Under the pieces are notes generated by a model. That model was not told the origin of the DNA. It ran no database searches and worked only from the letters and a program-made list of their open reading frames with translations. Both the position numbers and the translations under genes were made by a program. Of a DNA stretch of 55,619 bases, positions 1 to 13,718 are shown one piece after another. Source of the DNA: Octopus bimaculoides (lineage: Eukaryota); contig NC_068987.1 of NCBI RefSeq assembly GCF_001194135.2, positions 33,107,144-33,162,762 of the forward strand, given 5' to 3'. Numbering within the stretch: the first letter of the stretch is position 1; every line of letters starts with the position of its first letter.

Positions 1-19
1 CCCGAAAAGAAAAAAACTC

Positions 20-73
20 TACATTTGTATTATGTCCCCTCTGTGTTGAGCCCTGTGTGGCTAATAAAGAAAC

Positions 74-104
<31 letters not shown>

Positions 105-105
105 C
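20..105 (+). mobile_element. 3' tail of abundant tRNA-derived SINE (family 1) followed by (TCTA)n
   Basis: tgtcccctctgtgttgagccctgtgtggctaataaagaaa matches the 3' end of the full copy at 26573-26801 (tgtcccctctatgtttagccccttctgagcaataaagaga). Confidence 0.6.
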
Positions 106-183
106 ATTTATATACACATGCTTATGATTGAGCTGCACCATGTAATACGTCCGCCCCACTTCAACAGACAATGAACAGTGTTT

Positions 184-960
184 ATTCTGGTCTCGGTCTT
201 CGAGTGAAACATCGAAAAATTGAAATTATCTAAACAGCCTTTCCGTACTCACCTCTCACTCAGTCCGTCCTCATTGCTGATGCTCCTCTATCGCATGCGG
301 ACTTATTCTGCAATCTTGGAAGCACAATCTCTAACACTGGAATCCTTGACGAGGAGATACTCCGTCAAATCAAGATAGTCTCAACATCTTTCGGAAGACT
401 CAACTACCAAGTCCTTCTGAAGAACCTTAGAGCAAATACAAAAATCTCTGTTTATAGAGATGTCTATGTATACATCATCTTGTAAGAGACACATTCCTAG
501 ACCCTTTGTCAGGGCCAATTCAGACAACTATAAACGTCCCATATCAGATCACTCCATAGCGTCCTTGGTCTCACGTGGAAGGACATACTGAAAACCTCCT
601 AAGGAGGATGTAGACCAACATTGTGGTCTACATCCTTCGTCATCTTCGCTGAGTTGGCCACATGATTCGGGTGCCTGGCAACCAGCTCCAAAAGATGGTC
701 GTTTTCAGTGAGATCAAAACTGGACGTAGGCCTCACGGACGTCTAAAACTTCGTTTTCATGATCATCTTAAGTGCGCTCTCATTTTATGCAGTGTCCCTT
801 CAAATCGATTGGATTCCTGGGCTGTGTGATATTAGAGTACAGCAATTTGAAACCGAAAGCAGGAGACTGAGTGAAAAGAGGAAGAAAGGTCGTCACCAAG
901 CCCATACGTCTATTGTTCGGAGTCACTTTCAGTACCTTCAGTGTCACATATCCTACCATA
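184..960 (+). mobile_element. Degenerate RTE-clade LINE, RT C-terminal and 3' region
   Basis: Manual translation gives LGSTISNTGILDEEILRQIKIVSTSFGRL...TKISVYR...LGLTWKD, then GHMIRVPGNQLQKMVVFSEIKTGRRPHGRLKLRFHDHLK. These are typical RTE/BovB-like motifs. Multiple stops are present. Confidence 0.85.
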
Positions 961-1945
961 AAACAATGTACAAGATGCGGAGGAGGATGTGTATCTTGGA
1001 TCAACACTATCATCAAGTTTATTGGTGTGTCATAAGCAAAGCAATGCAGGCTTCCACATGTATATAACTGCGCATCATAATGAAGTATCGTCAATAAATT
1101 TTGAAAAAATGAATAGAGAGAAACAAATCTATAAGCACTATGTATAGACGATGTACAAATAGTTGCTACGTAACATAACCTTTTGACTAATTTGAGCGTT
1201 CTAATATTTTTTTCCCATGAAAGTACCCAGGAGATAATTTATCAACTTCGCAAAGACATGTTTTATCAAAATATATGAAAACGATCGTTTCTTCTAGTTT
1301 CTTCGAGTCGGGTGGTGTTACATATTAATACATCGTGGCTAACCACGATCTAATCGATAGAGCAACGTAAAACTGATTTGTGAATACTACATTCCAGGTA
1401 CGAAGAGATGATGATATGATATTATGTCCATATGGGAGACCCCACAGTAAATAAGCATTTTCATATGAAGTATATGCAAAATTAACCTTGTTTATTTCTT
1501 TCATATTTGAAATGGTTATAGCTACGATTTTCTCAATTAGTCATACAGCACCCTCAGTCGAAAAATTTCTAGTATTCAGTTGTTTGTTTAGCTATTACAT
1601 ATATATATATATGCATGTAACAAAGTATATGTATGAATGTATAGAACTATGTATACGTATATGCACGTAACTATATATATATCAATACAATTTCATATAA
1701 ATATTGATGTGTATATATATATATATATATACATATATATANNNNNNNNNNNNNNNNNNNNNNNNNNNNNNNNNNNNNNNNNNNNNNNNNNNNNNNNNNN
1801 NNNNNNNNNNNNNNNNNNNNNNNNNNNNNNNNNNNNNNNNNNNNNNNNNNNNNNNNNNNNNNNNNNNNNNNNNNNNNNNNNNNNNNNNNNNNNNNNNNNN
1901 NNNNNNNNNNNNNNNNNNNNNNNNNNNNNNNNNNNNNNNNNNNNN

Positions 1946-1986
<41 letters not shown>

Positions 1987-2569
1987 CATATCTACACACA
2001 TAATTTTATATATATATATGTATGTATACAAATATATACATATATAAAAATTCGAATACATTTGCGTATACATATGCATATATGGTAATTGTTGTGTCTA
2101 TGTACATGCATGTGTAATCATCCCTGAAGCTATAATCATCGATAATTCAACAAAAACATGCTTATGATGAATACTCTTTTCATAGCAACGATAAAGTGTA
2201 CGACTACACACGCATATATCAATTCACAAACATACACTGTGATACACATTCATATATCCACTCATAGACGCATACACAGACATACACACGCATCAAACGA
2301 ATATATTCGATATTATTCCTCCTATGATGCGTGATCTGTAGTCAGACGTGTTGAACAAATAGCAGAATAACAACTTAAACAAAATGGAATAAAAGGCAGA
2401 AAACAAGTTTTTGTTGTCATAAATATAATTAGAAACTTACACAAGATTGATACATCACGATTTCTATGAGGCATCTTATGTAATTCTTTTGTTTCAACCG
2501 GAATAACAGGGTAGTGTATGAAAGTAGTTAAATACATTAATATTAATAATCATACATGTACACACACAC

Positions 2570-2640
<71 letters not shown>

Positions 2641-2684
2641 NNNNNNNNNNATATATATATATATATATTTGTCTATATGTATGC

Positions 2685-2727
<43 letters not shown>

Positions 2728-4539
2728 AGTCCGTATATGTATCTATATGTATATGTAATGAGAGATACACAGAAAGAGAAGGAGAGGGTGTGAGAGTATG
2801 ATTCCTGAACATTGTAATACAAAGACAAAAACATCTATAAACACATTTGGTGGTATTCATGCTGTTGTTGGTGTTAAACTTCATGTCAGCTATTGAAAAG
2901 TAAATCAAAAGCGAAGGCCATTTTTTATTGTTAGAAGTTTGTAGGAATACATATTAAGATGACAACTTTTCAGACTTGTTAGAAATCCAACAAAATGTCT
3001 CTTTGTAATCTAACTACTGAGTTCCAATCACACCGAAGTCAAATTTGTTTATCAAGTTACCGTTCTTGAAAGGATCATGCACTTGCTCGGAACTGAGAGA
3101 CGATGGAACTGTTGTATATTTTCTGTCATTTGTTCCGGTTCTTGACTAAGTGCTCAAAGATAAGTGTAGAAAATTTATCTGACTTTCGTTTTTAAGATGG
3201 GGACTTGCAAAAACAAAACAAAGAAAGTAATACACGATTGAGGGTATCGACGAACTTCCAATCACCTTTGTATCTTTCCATGAAAATTTCATGACTAGTA
3301 CTTAGTTCTTGTTAAGGAAGTCACCAGTGGTCGTTCAACCAGAGATTGTACATACAATAAATGGAATGCGCTCACAATGAGTATTTTTGTTTTCCAAAAG
3401 TGTAGAATCTGATTTCAGGGAGATTAAGTGACTAAATATAATTTTCAGTGTCGTGAAACCAAAAATTATATCAATGTGCATGGTTTTTTGCTGTTTAAGT
3501 CGGCCTCCATCAAAGGGACACAATATCAAAAACATTTCTCTCGTGTATACTGTGACACGGAATAAGCAATGTGTATCTTCGAAGAAAATTGCGTGTGATT
3601 TGTAGGTTTCTATAATATCAAATCAACGCGTAAATACTTCCTCGTCGGTTCTTCAACTGGTGTCACTCGCTTAACCTATCTATGGTAGAAATATCTCACA
3701 TGAAATGATAACGTGCTGTGTTAAATAAACAAAATGAAACAACAATACATTCTATTTAAAGTAAAATTAAATAGATCGGATGATGTAATATATTTTTTTG
3801 TAGGTCTGCTTGTCGTATGCCCGAGAACGCACAAAACATGAATGTGGACAAATATTTCTTTTGCCATCAACGCATAGGTCAAGCGGATTGATATTTATCT
3901 TGGACATCTCTCATGAATCGTGTTAAAATCTTCAAAATAACCTCCTACAGCTAGTTTAGATAAAGCTTTTACATCTTCTAAATGCCATACTGACATATTC
4001 GTTGACTTGGCATGAAAACTGCGAACACGTGCACACGCACATACATTCACACTTCTCGCATACACATAATAAATAAATAAATTTGTGAATATTACATTAT
4101 AATTATTCAGATCGTCTTTCCTTGAAAAACTTCCAGTTTTGTATACTGCTTAAATGTTATACTTCTCAAAATATTTCACAAAACAATAGTTATACAATAG
4201 TCTCAAAAATCAGGACAGCAGACTAACCAGAAAAGCTACGCACAAAGAATTGGCATACACCTGATTAACAAATTCCTTACATCAAAACTCTCTGTGCTCA
4301 CGTGACACTCAAAACATTGCTAAATCATCCCACGCAACTTCATCACGGTGCTGAATACCAATTTTCTTTCAATTCATCCAACGTGTACAACTATAACATT
4401 CGTTAATATTTCTCCGTAAATTCTCTCGATCTACCATGTCTCCTGTTAACACGCATATATACATGCATGCACGCACACTCACGCACATATATATTTATAT
4501 ATATACATACACACATAAAAACACGTATGTATATATATA

Positions 4540-4594
<55 letters not shown>

Positions 4595-4622
4595 GGACAC
4601 AGGTATGTGTATATATACATGT

Positions 4623-4942
4623 TTTTTTAAAATTTGTATGCGCCCTTTTTAAAGCCGAGCCAGGTTCATGGGCCCGGTTTCCCGGTTTCTATGGCGTATG
4701 CGTAGGACCCAGCTGGATGGGACGCTAGTCCATCGCATCTTTACTCCAGAAACAGGAAGAAAGAGTTAGAGAACGGTGGGGCGAAAGAGTACAACAGGAG
4801 TCGCCACCATCCGCTGCCGGAGCCTCGTGGAGCTTTAGGTGTTTTCGCTCAATAAACACACACAAGCTCAGCCTGGAAATCGAAACTGCGATCCTCCGAA
4901 CGCGAGTCCGCTACTCTAACCACTGGGCCAATGCGCCTCCAC
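4623..4942 (-). mobile_element. tRNA-derived SINE (family 3 head) with Meta-domain-like 3' body
   Basis: The minus strand begins gtggaggcgcattggcccagtggttag (A-box like) and has gtttcgatttcc (B-box like). The 3' part gcgatggactagcgtcccatccag...agaaaccggg...ctggctcgg resembles the MetaSINE domain as I recall it. Possible 8-bp TSD atacatgt at 4615-4622 and 4943-4950. Confidence 0.85.
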
Positions 4943-6149
4943 ATACATGTATGTGTGTACATGTATATATCTATCATCCTTATATTGAACACAGGAAATA
5001 TTATATCAATAAAGCAACACATTTTGGCATGAAAGGCTTTAGGCGATAGTTTAACTTCTTTTCAGAGTACTTCAAAAACATATTTATCGGTTTCACTGTC
5101 TTCAAATGCAATTAACATTCCAGCTGTATTGGATCCCAAAGTGTCTTCCGAGGTCTGTGGACAAGACCATTCCAGCCATGCACATCTAGTCGTCTTTGAC
5201 ATACATAGTTAATCCTTAATTATTAAAGGGGCGAGATGCAGTACGAGGTAGGTATATTTCAGTAGTATGTCTAGTAGCTTGAGTGACTGATTAAACTTCG
5301 AAATTCTCCATATTAAATAAATCTACCTGTTGACATTACGTATTCATTAGAATTTTTCTATTTTATTTTAATTGCATCCTGTTATTTTCAAATAAAATGG
5401 GCGTTTTATCGGATCAGGTATTCCTAAATAAACTGCATTTAAAAAAGTGATCGGTTCGCAGCACATTCTACAAAACCTTTGGGAAAAGGTCTGTCGAATT
5501 AGGCTTGAGTTGAAAATTAACAACAACAAATATAACCAAAACACAACCACAGCAAAAAATGTCTGCAAGTTATATAATATCAAAAGGAAATAATTTTGAT
5601 ATAAAATATGACAGACGAACTGTGTCTTTGAAGACTGCCAAGCTTCCGAAAGAGAGAAACATTTTTGAAAATTCAAAATTCTGTATTTTTCTTTGAAGAA
5701 CAAGGGCTGTGAAGAATATTGGGTTTTCGATAAATTGTCTATTTCTTATGTGCGAGTTAATTGGGTTTTTTTTCAGAAAACCCTTAGATAACTACGTTGT
5801 CACCTAGGCATTTACTCACAAAACTAAATGCACCAATTATTAATATAACTGTGAATTTATAATATGGACATAGAAGATAAAGGTTTCGAGGCAGTTGTCC
5901 ATAGTTCCCTTTCTATTTCATTTTCAAATGCGATATTCACATCAGCTGGATTACTTACCTTTATGACGGTATATACTTTTTATTGGCTGCCTCAAACAAC
6001 ATATACGGCTAGTTAGGCTTTCAACTGACATGTTTTAATGGCAATGCTCCAACAGTATACCTTGTGTTGATGTTTGTGTATGTATGTATGTTTGCATGTG
6101 TGAATATGCGCAATATGACCGAAAGGTCATCAAGTTCACTACGTAGTCA

Positions 6150-6270
6150 CAATATCCTAGCTTCCAACTTGCGGCGCGTTTTCTGGAGCAAATGTCATAT
6201 TTTGTAGCCTCTGTTCACCTATACATTGTGAGTAGAATTAGATTATGGAAATTGTATCGAAGCCCATCGA
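6150..6270 (+). mobile_element. Highly degraded CORE-type SINE fragment (family 2)
   Basis: cattgtgagtagaattagattatggaaattgtatcgaagcccatcg aligns by eye with ccttgtgagtggatttggttgacggaaactgaaagaagcccatcg at 24594-24638. Confidence 0.5.
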
Positions 6271-7934
6271 GAGTATTTTACTAATAATTCGACAGGTTCA
6301 TCCAACAATATGTCACGTTGATGATGTATGAGAATTATTTCCAGGGCAGACGTATTTACGGAATCTTCAGCCACATTCATTCAAAAACACAGAGCATGTC
6401 AGAGACTTGATCGAAAACTTAATCCTCATCGTCAAACCGGCAGAGGTCCATGTATGTATGTATATATGTATGTATGTATGTATTATGTATGTATGTATGT
6501 ATGTATGCATGTATGTATGTATGTGTGTATATGTATGTATGTGTGTACATGTAATTATGGATGCTTTTGTATGTATGTGTGTATGTGCATGTTTACAACT
6601 CCATACATACAAGTGCACATTGGCGCACGTGTATGTAAACCAATTTGTTCTTTCAGGCATGTGTTAAGACAAAATAACTAGAGGAGGGGGGAGAAATCAG
6701 GCAGATAGCGTGAGAGACGGAGAGAGACAGGGAGAGAGACAGGGAGAGATAGAGAGAATGAAAGGGGGAAAGATGAATTAAAAAGAAACGTATCATGATT
6801 GCTGTTTTTTTTTAACCTTTGCTTGATTGAATTTCTTGAATATCACGTAAGGGGGAAATTGAAAGTAAAGCAAAACCTAAAATAGTTTCGCTATAAAATG
6901 TGTTTCGTTACAAAATCTTATCCTTAATTTTTTCGAGTTCAGTAAGTCATAACAATTTCTCTAGCCTACCGTTGTTGAGCTGAAGAAATCTCTCTCACAT
7001 TTCTGGCTGAAATGTTTCAAACATAATTTCTATTGAATATTAAAGATAATTCATATTAGGTTCCGACAACCGGAATAAAAATGATTTTTCGCCAATAGAT
7101 ATAACCCGGAAGAGAATTTGATATATTAGATTCTATTGTAGCTAATTATTTTGAATATTTACACTGTCACAAGCTGGCATAGACACGTTCACGGAGCTCC
7201 CACTCAGCGGAAAATCGAAGTTTAGTAACCCGGAGCGAAAGAGGGATGCATCATCAGCCGACTAGTATTTACGTAGATCTGAGTAGAGCTAAATTACTTT
7301 ATTTCCAGCGTAGCGTTGATATCACATGGTTTCGATTCATCTTATCAATGTCGTTCTTTCAATTACCTAACAACAGGATCGATTTCCATCAGTAACCACA
7401 TTATGCATATGAATCAACACAAATAGACATCTTATGTAGTATGACATCATAGGGATGTACTGCAACAGTTTATGAAGTGAAACCGGAATCATAATGTGAC
7501 CAGCTATATTTTTAATACCATGCTGCAAAATAGATGCTCTGCTGACTTCCCTCAGTTGACCCCACTCGTGATCGTGCATATTACATTTCTAGCTACATAG
7601 GTTTTGCTGTTCATTTCACCTTTGCAAGATGAATGATCACTGTTCGCAAGAACTACCGTAGACTGCATGAGGAACAGCGGGAGGAAATAAGGAATCAAAA
7701 TCACGCGCAATAAGCCAAGAAGAGAGGGAACGTATCCTACGGCATAGGAGGGAGGAAAGAAATCAGTAGGAGATAGAAAAAATGAGCCAGGACCAAAGAG
7801 AAGTGTATTTTCAAAATAAGAGAGATGGTGATCAACAGAATCAAGAGCAAAGGCAGCTGTACTAAGAAACTATGAGTAACGGAGCTTGATCTCTCTCAGC
7901 ATACCAGCAAACTACAAAATAACACCAGGCATAT

Positions 7935-8215
7935 CCAAGCCCGTCATATATAAATATATGTGTGTGTGTATGCATATATTTATGTGTGTGTGTATGTGTA
8001 TGTGTGTGTGTTTGTCTCCGCACCTCCATTGTTTGACAACCGATGTTGGTGTATCTGCGTTCCTGTAACTTAGATGTCCAGCTAAGTTACTGATGGAATA
8101 AGCACCAGGCTTACAAGGAGTAAGTTCAGGGGTCAATTTCTTCGACTAAAGAGTGGTGCTCCAGCAAGGCCACCGTTAAATGACTGAATCAAGTAAACAA
8201 ATAACAGAATACGAG
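7935..8215 (+). mobile_element. CORE-type SINE (family 2), 3' half with internal (TG)n/(TA)n
   Basis: tttgacaaccgatgttggtgt...gtggtgctccagcaaggcc...aatgactgaatcaagta matches the copy at 24575-24895. Confidence 0.8.
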
Positions 8216-9084
8216 TAAAAACGTCCCGTAACACTAAACTAAGCGGGCTTATAAATAAATATAAATAAATAACTANNNNNNNNNNNNNNNNNNNNNNNNN
8301 NNNNNNNNNNNNNNNNNNNNNNNNNNNNNNNNNNNNNNNNNNNNNNNNNNNNNNNNNNNNNNNNNNNNNNNNNNNNNNNNNNNNNNNNNNNNNNNNNNNN
8401 NNNNNNNNNNNNNNNNNNNNNNNNNNNNNNNNNNNNNNNNNNNNNNNNNNNNNNNNNNNNNNNNNNNNNNNNNNNNNNNNNNNNNNNNNNNNNNNNNNNN
8501 NNNNNNNNNNNNNNNNNNNNNNNNNNNNNNNNNNNNNNNNNNNNNNNNNNNNNNNNNNNNNNNNNNNNNNNNNNNNNNNNNNNNNNNNNNNNNNNNNNNN
8601 NNNNNNNNNNNNNNNNNNNTATATATATATATATATATATATACATATATATATGTATATATACATATATTGCTATATATATATATATATAAGTTTATGT
8701 ATATATTATTATTATCTCAGTTATTAAAACTTTCGATAATTTAAATACGTTAATAGTTACCAGAGGGAGCAACATTACACTAAAAACCAGATATCACAGC
8801 CGTTTTACAGGTAGAGATACCAAGTTAAAGTGATACATTTTGAGAAGATATGGATAAAAATAAATGGAGCAAAACGTACGTCAATAAAAGTTCCTTTAAT
8901 TCCTACACATGTTTCGAAACAAATGAGAGAACTTTCACAAAGAAGAACGTGCTGTTGGGGTTCTTCATTTATTTCTCTTCAGGGAGTTCATAGTAAAACA
9001 TGTAATAGCAAGACAAAAACGAAATGATGGGATAACTTACGAGCAGAGATGTTACATGGTCAGTGACCGTTAGAAGGTTTGTTT

Positions 9085-9985
9085 ACATAGAGATATACTC
9101 AATGTTACCGATTTCAGCTCCCAACACGGCCTCAAGACGGCCCCGGAACCTAGGATGTGCGTACCTCACTGTATCCTTTGGAAAATCTTCGAACAACTGC
9201 CAGATATTGGCTACCAGCTAGGCCTTCAAGTTGCAGGCTGAGTGATTGATGTATTTCTCAACTGCACTCACAGCTATAGTAACCCTTGGTATTAAAATCA
9301 AGGGAATTAGGAGGCCAGAACGTGGGATTAGAGAAGTCGTATATGTTCTCCATCAACCACTTCTGGGGTTTTCGGAGTTATGCAAAGGAGCTGAATACTA
9401 CTGCCACACCTGTGGACTTCCATCAGCAATCCTCTCCAGCCAAATTTTGACCACATTCTGCAGTAGTTTCTCGTAGACTGCTGAACTGGACCGACGACTC
9501 TACTTAAACATGTGGGGAAGCTCAATATCATACTGGAGACATGCCCAAATACCATCACGGTTTGGAAGCACTTGACTTTCCTGATAAGTAGGACGTCGCA
9601 TGTATTGCAGCCAATACATCTGTTGGACAACTGGTGTAATACAGAAGATCTTTCATGTGAGAAAAAGCAGGTCATGCCCCGGCTAGGAGCTTCTTTGCTT
9701 TAGTCAAGCGGTTCTCTTTGGCCTCGGCTGTCAGAAATTGTCCGTTATACTTCTTGTAAAATTGGTAGTGAATCTTTTTATTTTGTGCCAGATTCATTGT
9801 GGGCATATCCTCTCTCTCGCTAAAGCTCGAATTCCCGTCCTCGTATCATCCGTCACCTTGACCTCTAGTTGTCGGATTTATACCCGTGCGAACGCAATCA
9901 GAACGTTCAGAACGCAGTCAGAACGTTTGCTGCTTCCTGTAATGCTTGCTACAGATTTGTATTTTCCATTGCAGCTGTCCATGTT
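9085..9985 (-). mobile_element. Degenerate DD37D (maT/mori-type) Tc1/mariner transposon
   Basis: The minus strand yields KGQFLTAEAKENRLTKAKKLL, WQ*YSAP, FWPPNSLDFNTKGY and RFRGRLEAVLGAEIG. These correspond to the WQQDSAP and WPPNSPDLNPLDY motifs. Same family as 44590-45312. Confidence 0.85.
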
Positions 9986-10440
9986 ACTTCTTACTACCTT
10001 TACAACATTCACAGAATATTCAACAGCAGTGATACTGTCGACATTTTGTCACCCGGCACGAATCCTCACGATACAGGTAGCTCTTTTCCAATATCCACAT
10101 GGCTTCCAGTAATCTATATCCGATTAATTATTTATCAACTACAAATTCACTCTTTATGCTCTCCAACGCCATTGACTATTCACCAATTCATGAAGATATT
10201 TCTGAAAAATTGAGGCAAAAAATGGTCAAACTTAGTCTGAATACTGTAAGTTAAATTTACCATTGAATGAAATATTTAATGAATAAATTAGTTATACTGC
10301 ATGAGTACAAAAATACGTTATCACCTGCATGTTCTATTGCGGGACGGTTCTAGCAACATATGTATACGTTCAGACACTCAGACGCTTTTCTTCATCTTGT
10401 ACGGCACATATCAATGGTTTGGAGGATATTTTAACAGTCA

Positions 10441-10571
10441 TACAGGGTGTCTACAAAGTCTGGGTAGATGGGGATTAACACATACTTTAAGAAATTATTA
10501 TTTCTTATATTTAATTGTATAAGTTATGATTTTATTTACTCCATGTACCCAGACATTGTGGATACCCTGTA
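10441..10571. mobile_element. Tc1/mariner-type MITE (~130 bp)
   Basis: The left end tacagggtgtctacaaagtctgggtagatgg is an imperfect ~31-bp inverted repeat of the right end ccatgtacccagacattgtggataccctgta. TA lies on both sides and the core is AT-rich. Confidence 0.85.
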
Positions 10572-12045
10572 GAATCGACTTCCCTAGAGTCTTGTACAAA
10601 TTTGCCATTTTGCAAAAGGTAAAAAAAAAAAAAGACGATTGCAAGTGAGGAAATCATTCAGCAACTTCTATCAATGTTTTATTAAGTTCTGTCCAAATAA
10701 GGAATACAAAAATACATCCTTTTCCTGATGGTGAATTCTCTATAACCTAAAAACATGTCACATATTCAAGAAATCATTAACTTATACACACGGAGTTCCT
10801 GGCTGCAGCTTTTGTAAGGGAGGTAATCGCAACTAGATAAATAATAAAGCATGGCGGGATGAGAAGCAAGACAGGGGACATTGAAGGAATATTGTTCTTC
10901 CTTCATAGATCATTCATAGTCCAGCAAGTGAGAGAGAAGCAAATAGCAGAGAGAGAGAGAGAAAGAAAGGGAGAGAGGTGGAGAGAGAAAGAGAGAGTAA
11001 GCGAGAGACAGCAGGAGAGAGAGAGAGGGGGGAGAGACAAAGGTCTTCTTTGCAGATTAATTACTCCCATGGACAGTGCTAAAAGTACATTAACAGTAGT
11101 CATTGTCATTCTGCTTTTTTTTTCCTTTTATACATTAGATACTGAAAACACGAAAATGTCACGCGGTTTCTATGCGAATAGAAGATCACGTTTATTTCTT
11201 CTGCATCCGACAACTGATTATGTTGTATATTTTCTGAAGGTTTTTGGCGTTCGATCAAATGTCAATGACTAATCCTATTTTCATGTGTTTACAAATAATT
11301 TTGTTTATATACTGTCATACTGCTACATTTGCAATCGCTGCAATAAACAGTAACATGAATCTACAGAAGGGATTCAAGAAGCTTCCAATAAAGTATTCAA
11401 GCTTTGCTTTACGTATTTAGTGTTTCTTTCACCACTCAGTCACTGAATGAACCGATCAATCAATCAATCAACCAATCAATGAATCAATCTCGCTCTCTCC
11501 TTCCTACTTTCTCCACCTCTCACCTCCTCTCTCCTCATCTGAATCAATCTCTCCCTCCCTCCCTCCCTTCCCCATCACTCTCAGAGTCTCCTCTCTTTCT
11601 CCTCCCCTTCTCTCCTTCCCCCACTCTCTCTGTATATTCATACGTATGAAATTTAAAATGNNNNNNNNNNNNNNNNNNNNNNNNNNNNNNNNNNNNNNNN
11701 NNNNNNNNNNNNNNNNNNNNNNNNNNNNNNNNNNNNNNNNNNNNNNNNNNNNNNNNNNNNNNNNNNNNNNNNNNNNNNNNNNNNNNNNNNNNNNNNNNNN
11801 NNNNNNNNNNNNNNNNNNNNNNNNNNNNNNNNNNNNNNNNNNNNNNNNNNNNNNNNNNNNNNNNNNNNNNNNNNNNNNNNNNNNNNNNNNNNNNNNNNNN
11901 NNNNNNNNNNNNNNNNNNNNNNNNNNNNNNNNNNNNNNNNNNNNNNNNNNNNNNNNNNNNNNNNNNNNNNNNNNNNNNNNNNNNNNNNNNNNNNNNNNNN
12001 NNNNNNNNNNNNNNNNNNNNNNNNNNNNNNNNNNNNNNNNNNNNN

Positions 12046-12089
<44 letters not shown>

Positions 12090-13324
12090 GATGAGAAAGA
12101 GAGAAGAACAAAATTAGAGACAATCGCTTTTCGATTTTTGCTTTCTTTTTTTTTTATTATTTTCTCTTGATGTCAGTGACTTTAATATTTACCTATTTGA
12201 TGAAGTCTAATTAATTTATTTAGATCTCAAACACTGCTTTTTATGTAAGATCACGACCCGGACTCGAAAGCAAAATATAAATGAAGCAAAACGCCATAAA
12301 AATGAAGTGATGAAGGAAATAATAATCCGAAATGAAAGTATCTCTAATTACCGAAAATCTTGGTAATATTTTGATGGAATGAATTACTTAATATAAAAAA
12401 ATTATAAATCTGATCTTAGTCAGTAGACGACGCAAAATTATTATGAGTCAGCCTAATCCAATTTCGAATGAAACAGTTTAATATGCGGGATGACAAACAT
12501 TTATAAGCAATATATTTATATAATTGCGGCAAAGTTTCTAAAAGTATTGTAACAAGAATGAATTCACAAACGTAGCATGCTTTCGGCTCTGTTTTTCTGA
12601 TATTTACTAAAATAAACTATATTCTTCTCACATTTTTGGAAACGTGTTTGTCCGTCTCTTTTTCTCTCCTTTTCTCTCTTTACATACATACATACATACA
12701 TACATAGATGCATATACAGATATGTAAATATATATAAACATTATATATAACATATTGTGTGCATATATATTATTTGATAATTGAACGCCACGTAGCCTTT
12801 ATCAACAGTATGTTTTTTACATTTATATATATATATAGCTGTATGTTTTATATACATATATACATACATATATATTCACAAAACAAAACACAGCCGTGGA
12901 TGTGTTTCCAAGCATGCATGATCGTATATGTTTGGGTGTGTTAATGTGTGAGTGAGCGTGCCTATGCGTATTTACACATTGCAAGGAAATCATGAAAAAC
13001 TATTACGCAAACTGAGACAGAATTACTAAAAAGAATGTTACATTGTAATCTTGTGGAGGTTAAGACTTTTAGCCTTAGCGGACCGCCCCTCAGGAGTGAT
13101 GTCAATATGATGATGTTCAGCTGGAAGAGGAGTTCAACACAGTTCATGCACGTTTGTCTGAATATAAGCATTTATGTATGCATGGATATATGTATATAGA
13201 AGAATAGATGCATACGCACAAAAACACACACATAAGCTCACACACACGGGTAAACATACGAGCAAACCTACACGCATATATGGTGCCAGTATAAACGTAT
13301 AAAGAGGCACTTTAATCGTAAATT

Positions 13325-13718
13325 GTATTGCATTGTATTAGCACTCCGTCGCTTACGACGTCGAGGGTTCCCGTCGGTTCAATCAACGGAACAGCCTGCT
13401 CGTGAAATTAACGTGCAAGTGGCTGAGCACTCCACAGACACGTGTAACCTTAACGTACTTCACGGGGATATTCAGTGTGACACAGTGTGACAAGGCTGAC
13501 CCTTTGAATTACACGCACAACAGAAACAGGAAGTAAGAGTGAGAGAAAGTTGTGGTGAAAGAGTACAGCAGGGTTCAGCACCACCCCCTGCCGGAGCCTC
13601 GTGGAGCTTTAGGTGTTTTTTGCTCAATAAACACTCACAACGCCCGGCCTGGGAATCGAAACCGCGGTCCTATGACCGCGAGACCGCTGCCCTAACCACT
13701 CGGCCATTGCACCTCCAC
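13325..13718 (-). mobile_element. Full-length tRNA-derived SINE (family 3 head, different 3' body) with 13-bp TSD
   Basis: A-box tggccgagtgg and B-box-like gtttcgattccc on the minus strand. Direct repeat ttaatcgtaaatt at 13312-13324 and 13719-13731. The 5' ~190 bp is shared with 4623-4942. Confidence 0.9.

Noticed and set aside
13640-13718. tRNA-like sequence with A and B boxes (also 4865-4942)
   Set aside because: No complete acceptor stem. These are SINE heads continuing into SINE bodies, one with a clear TSD.
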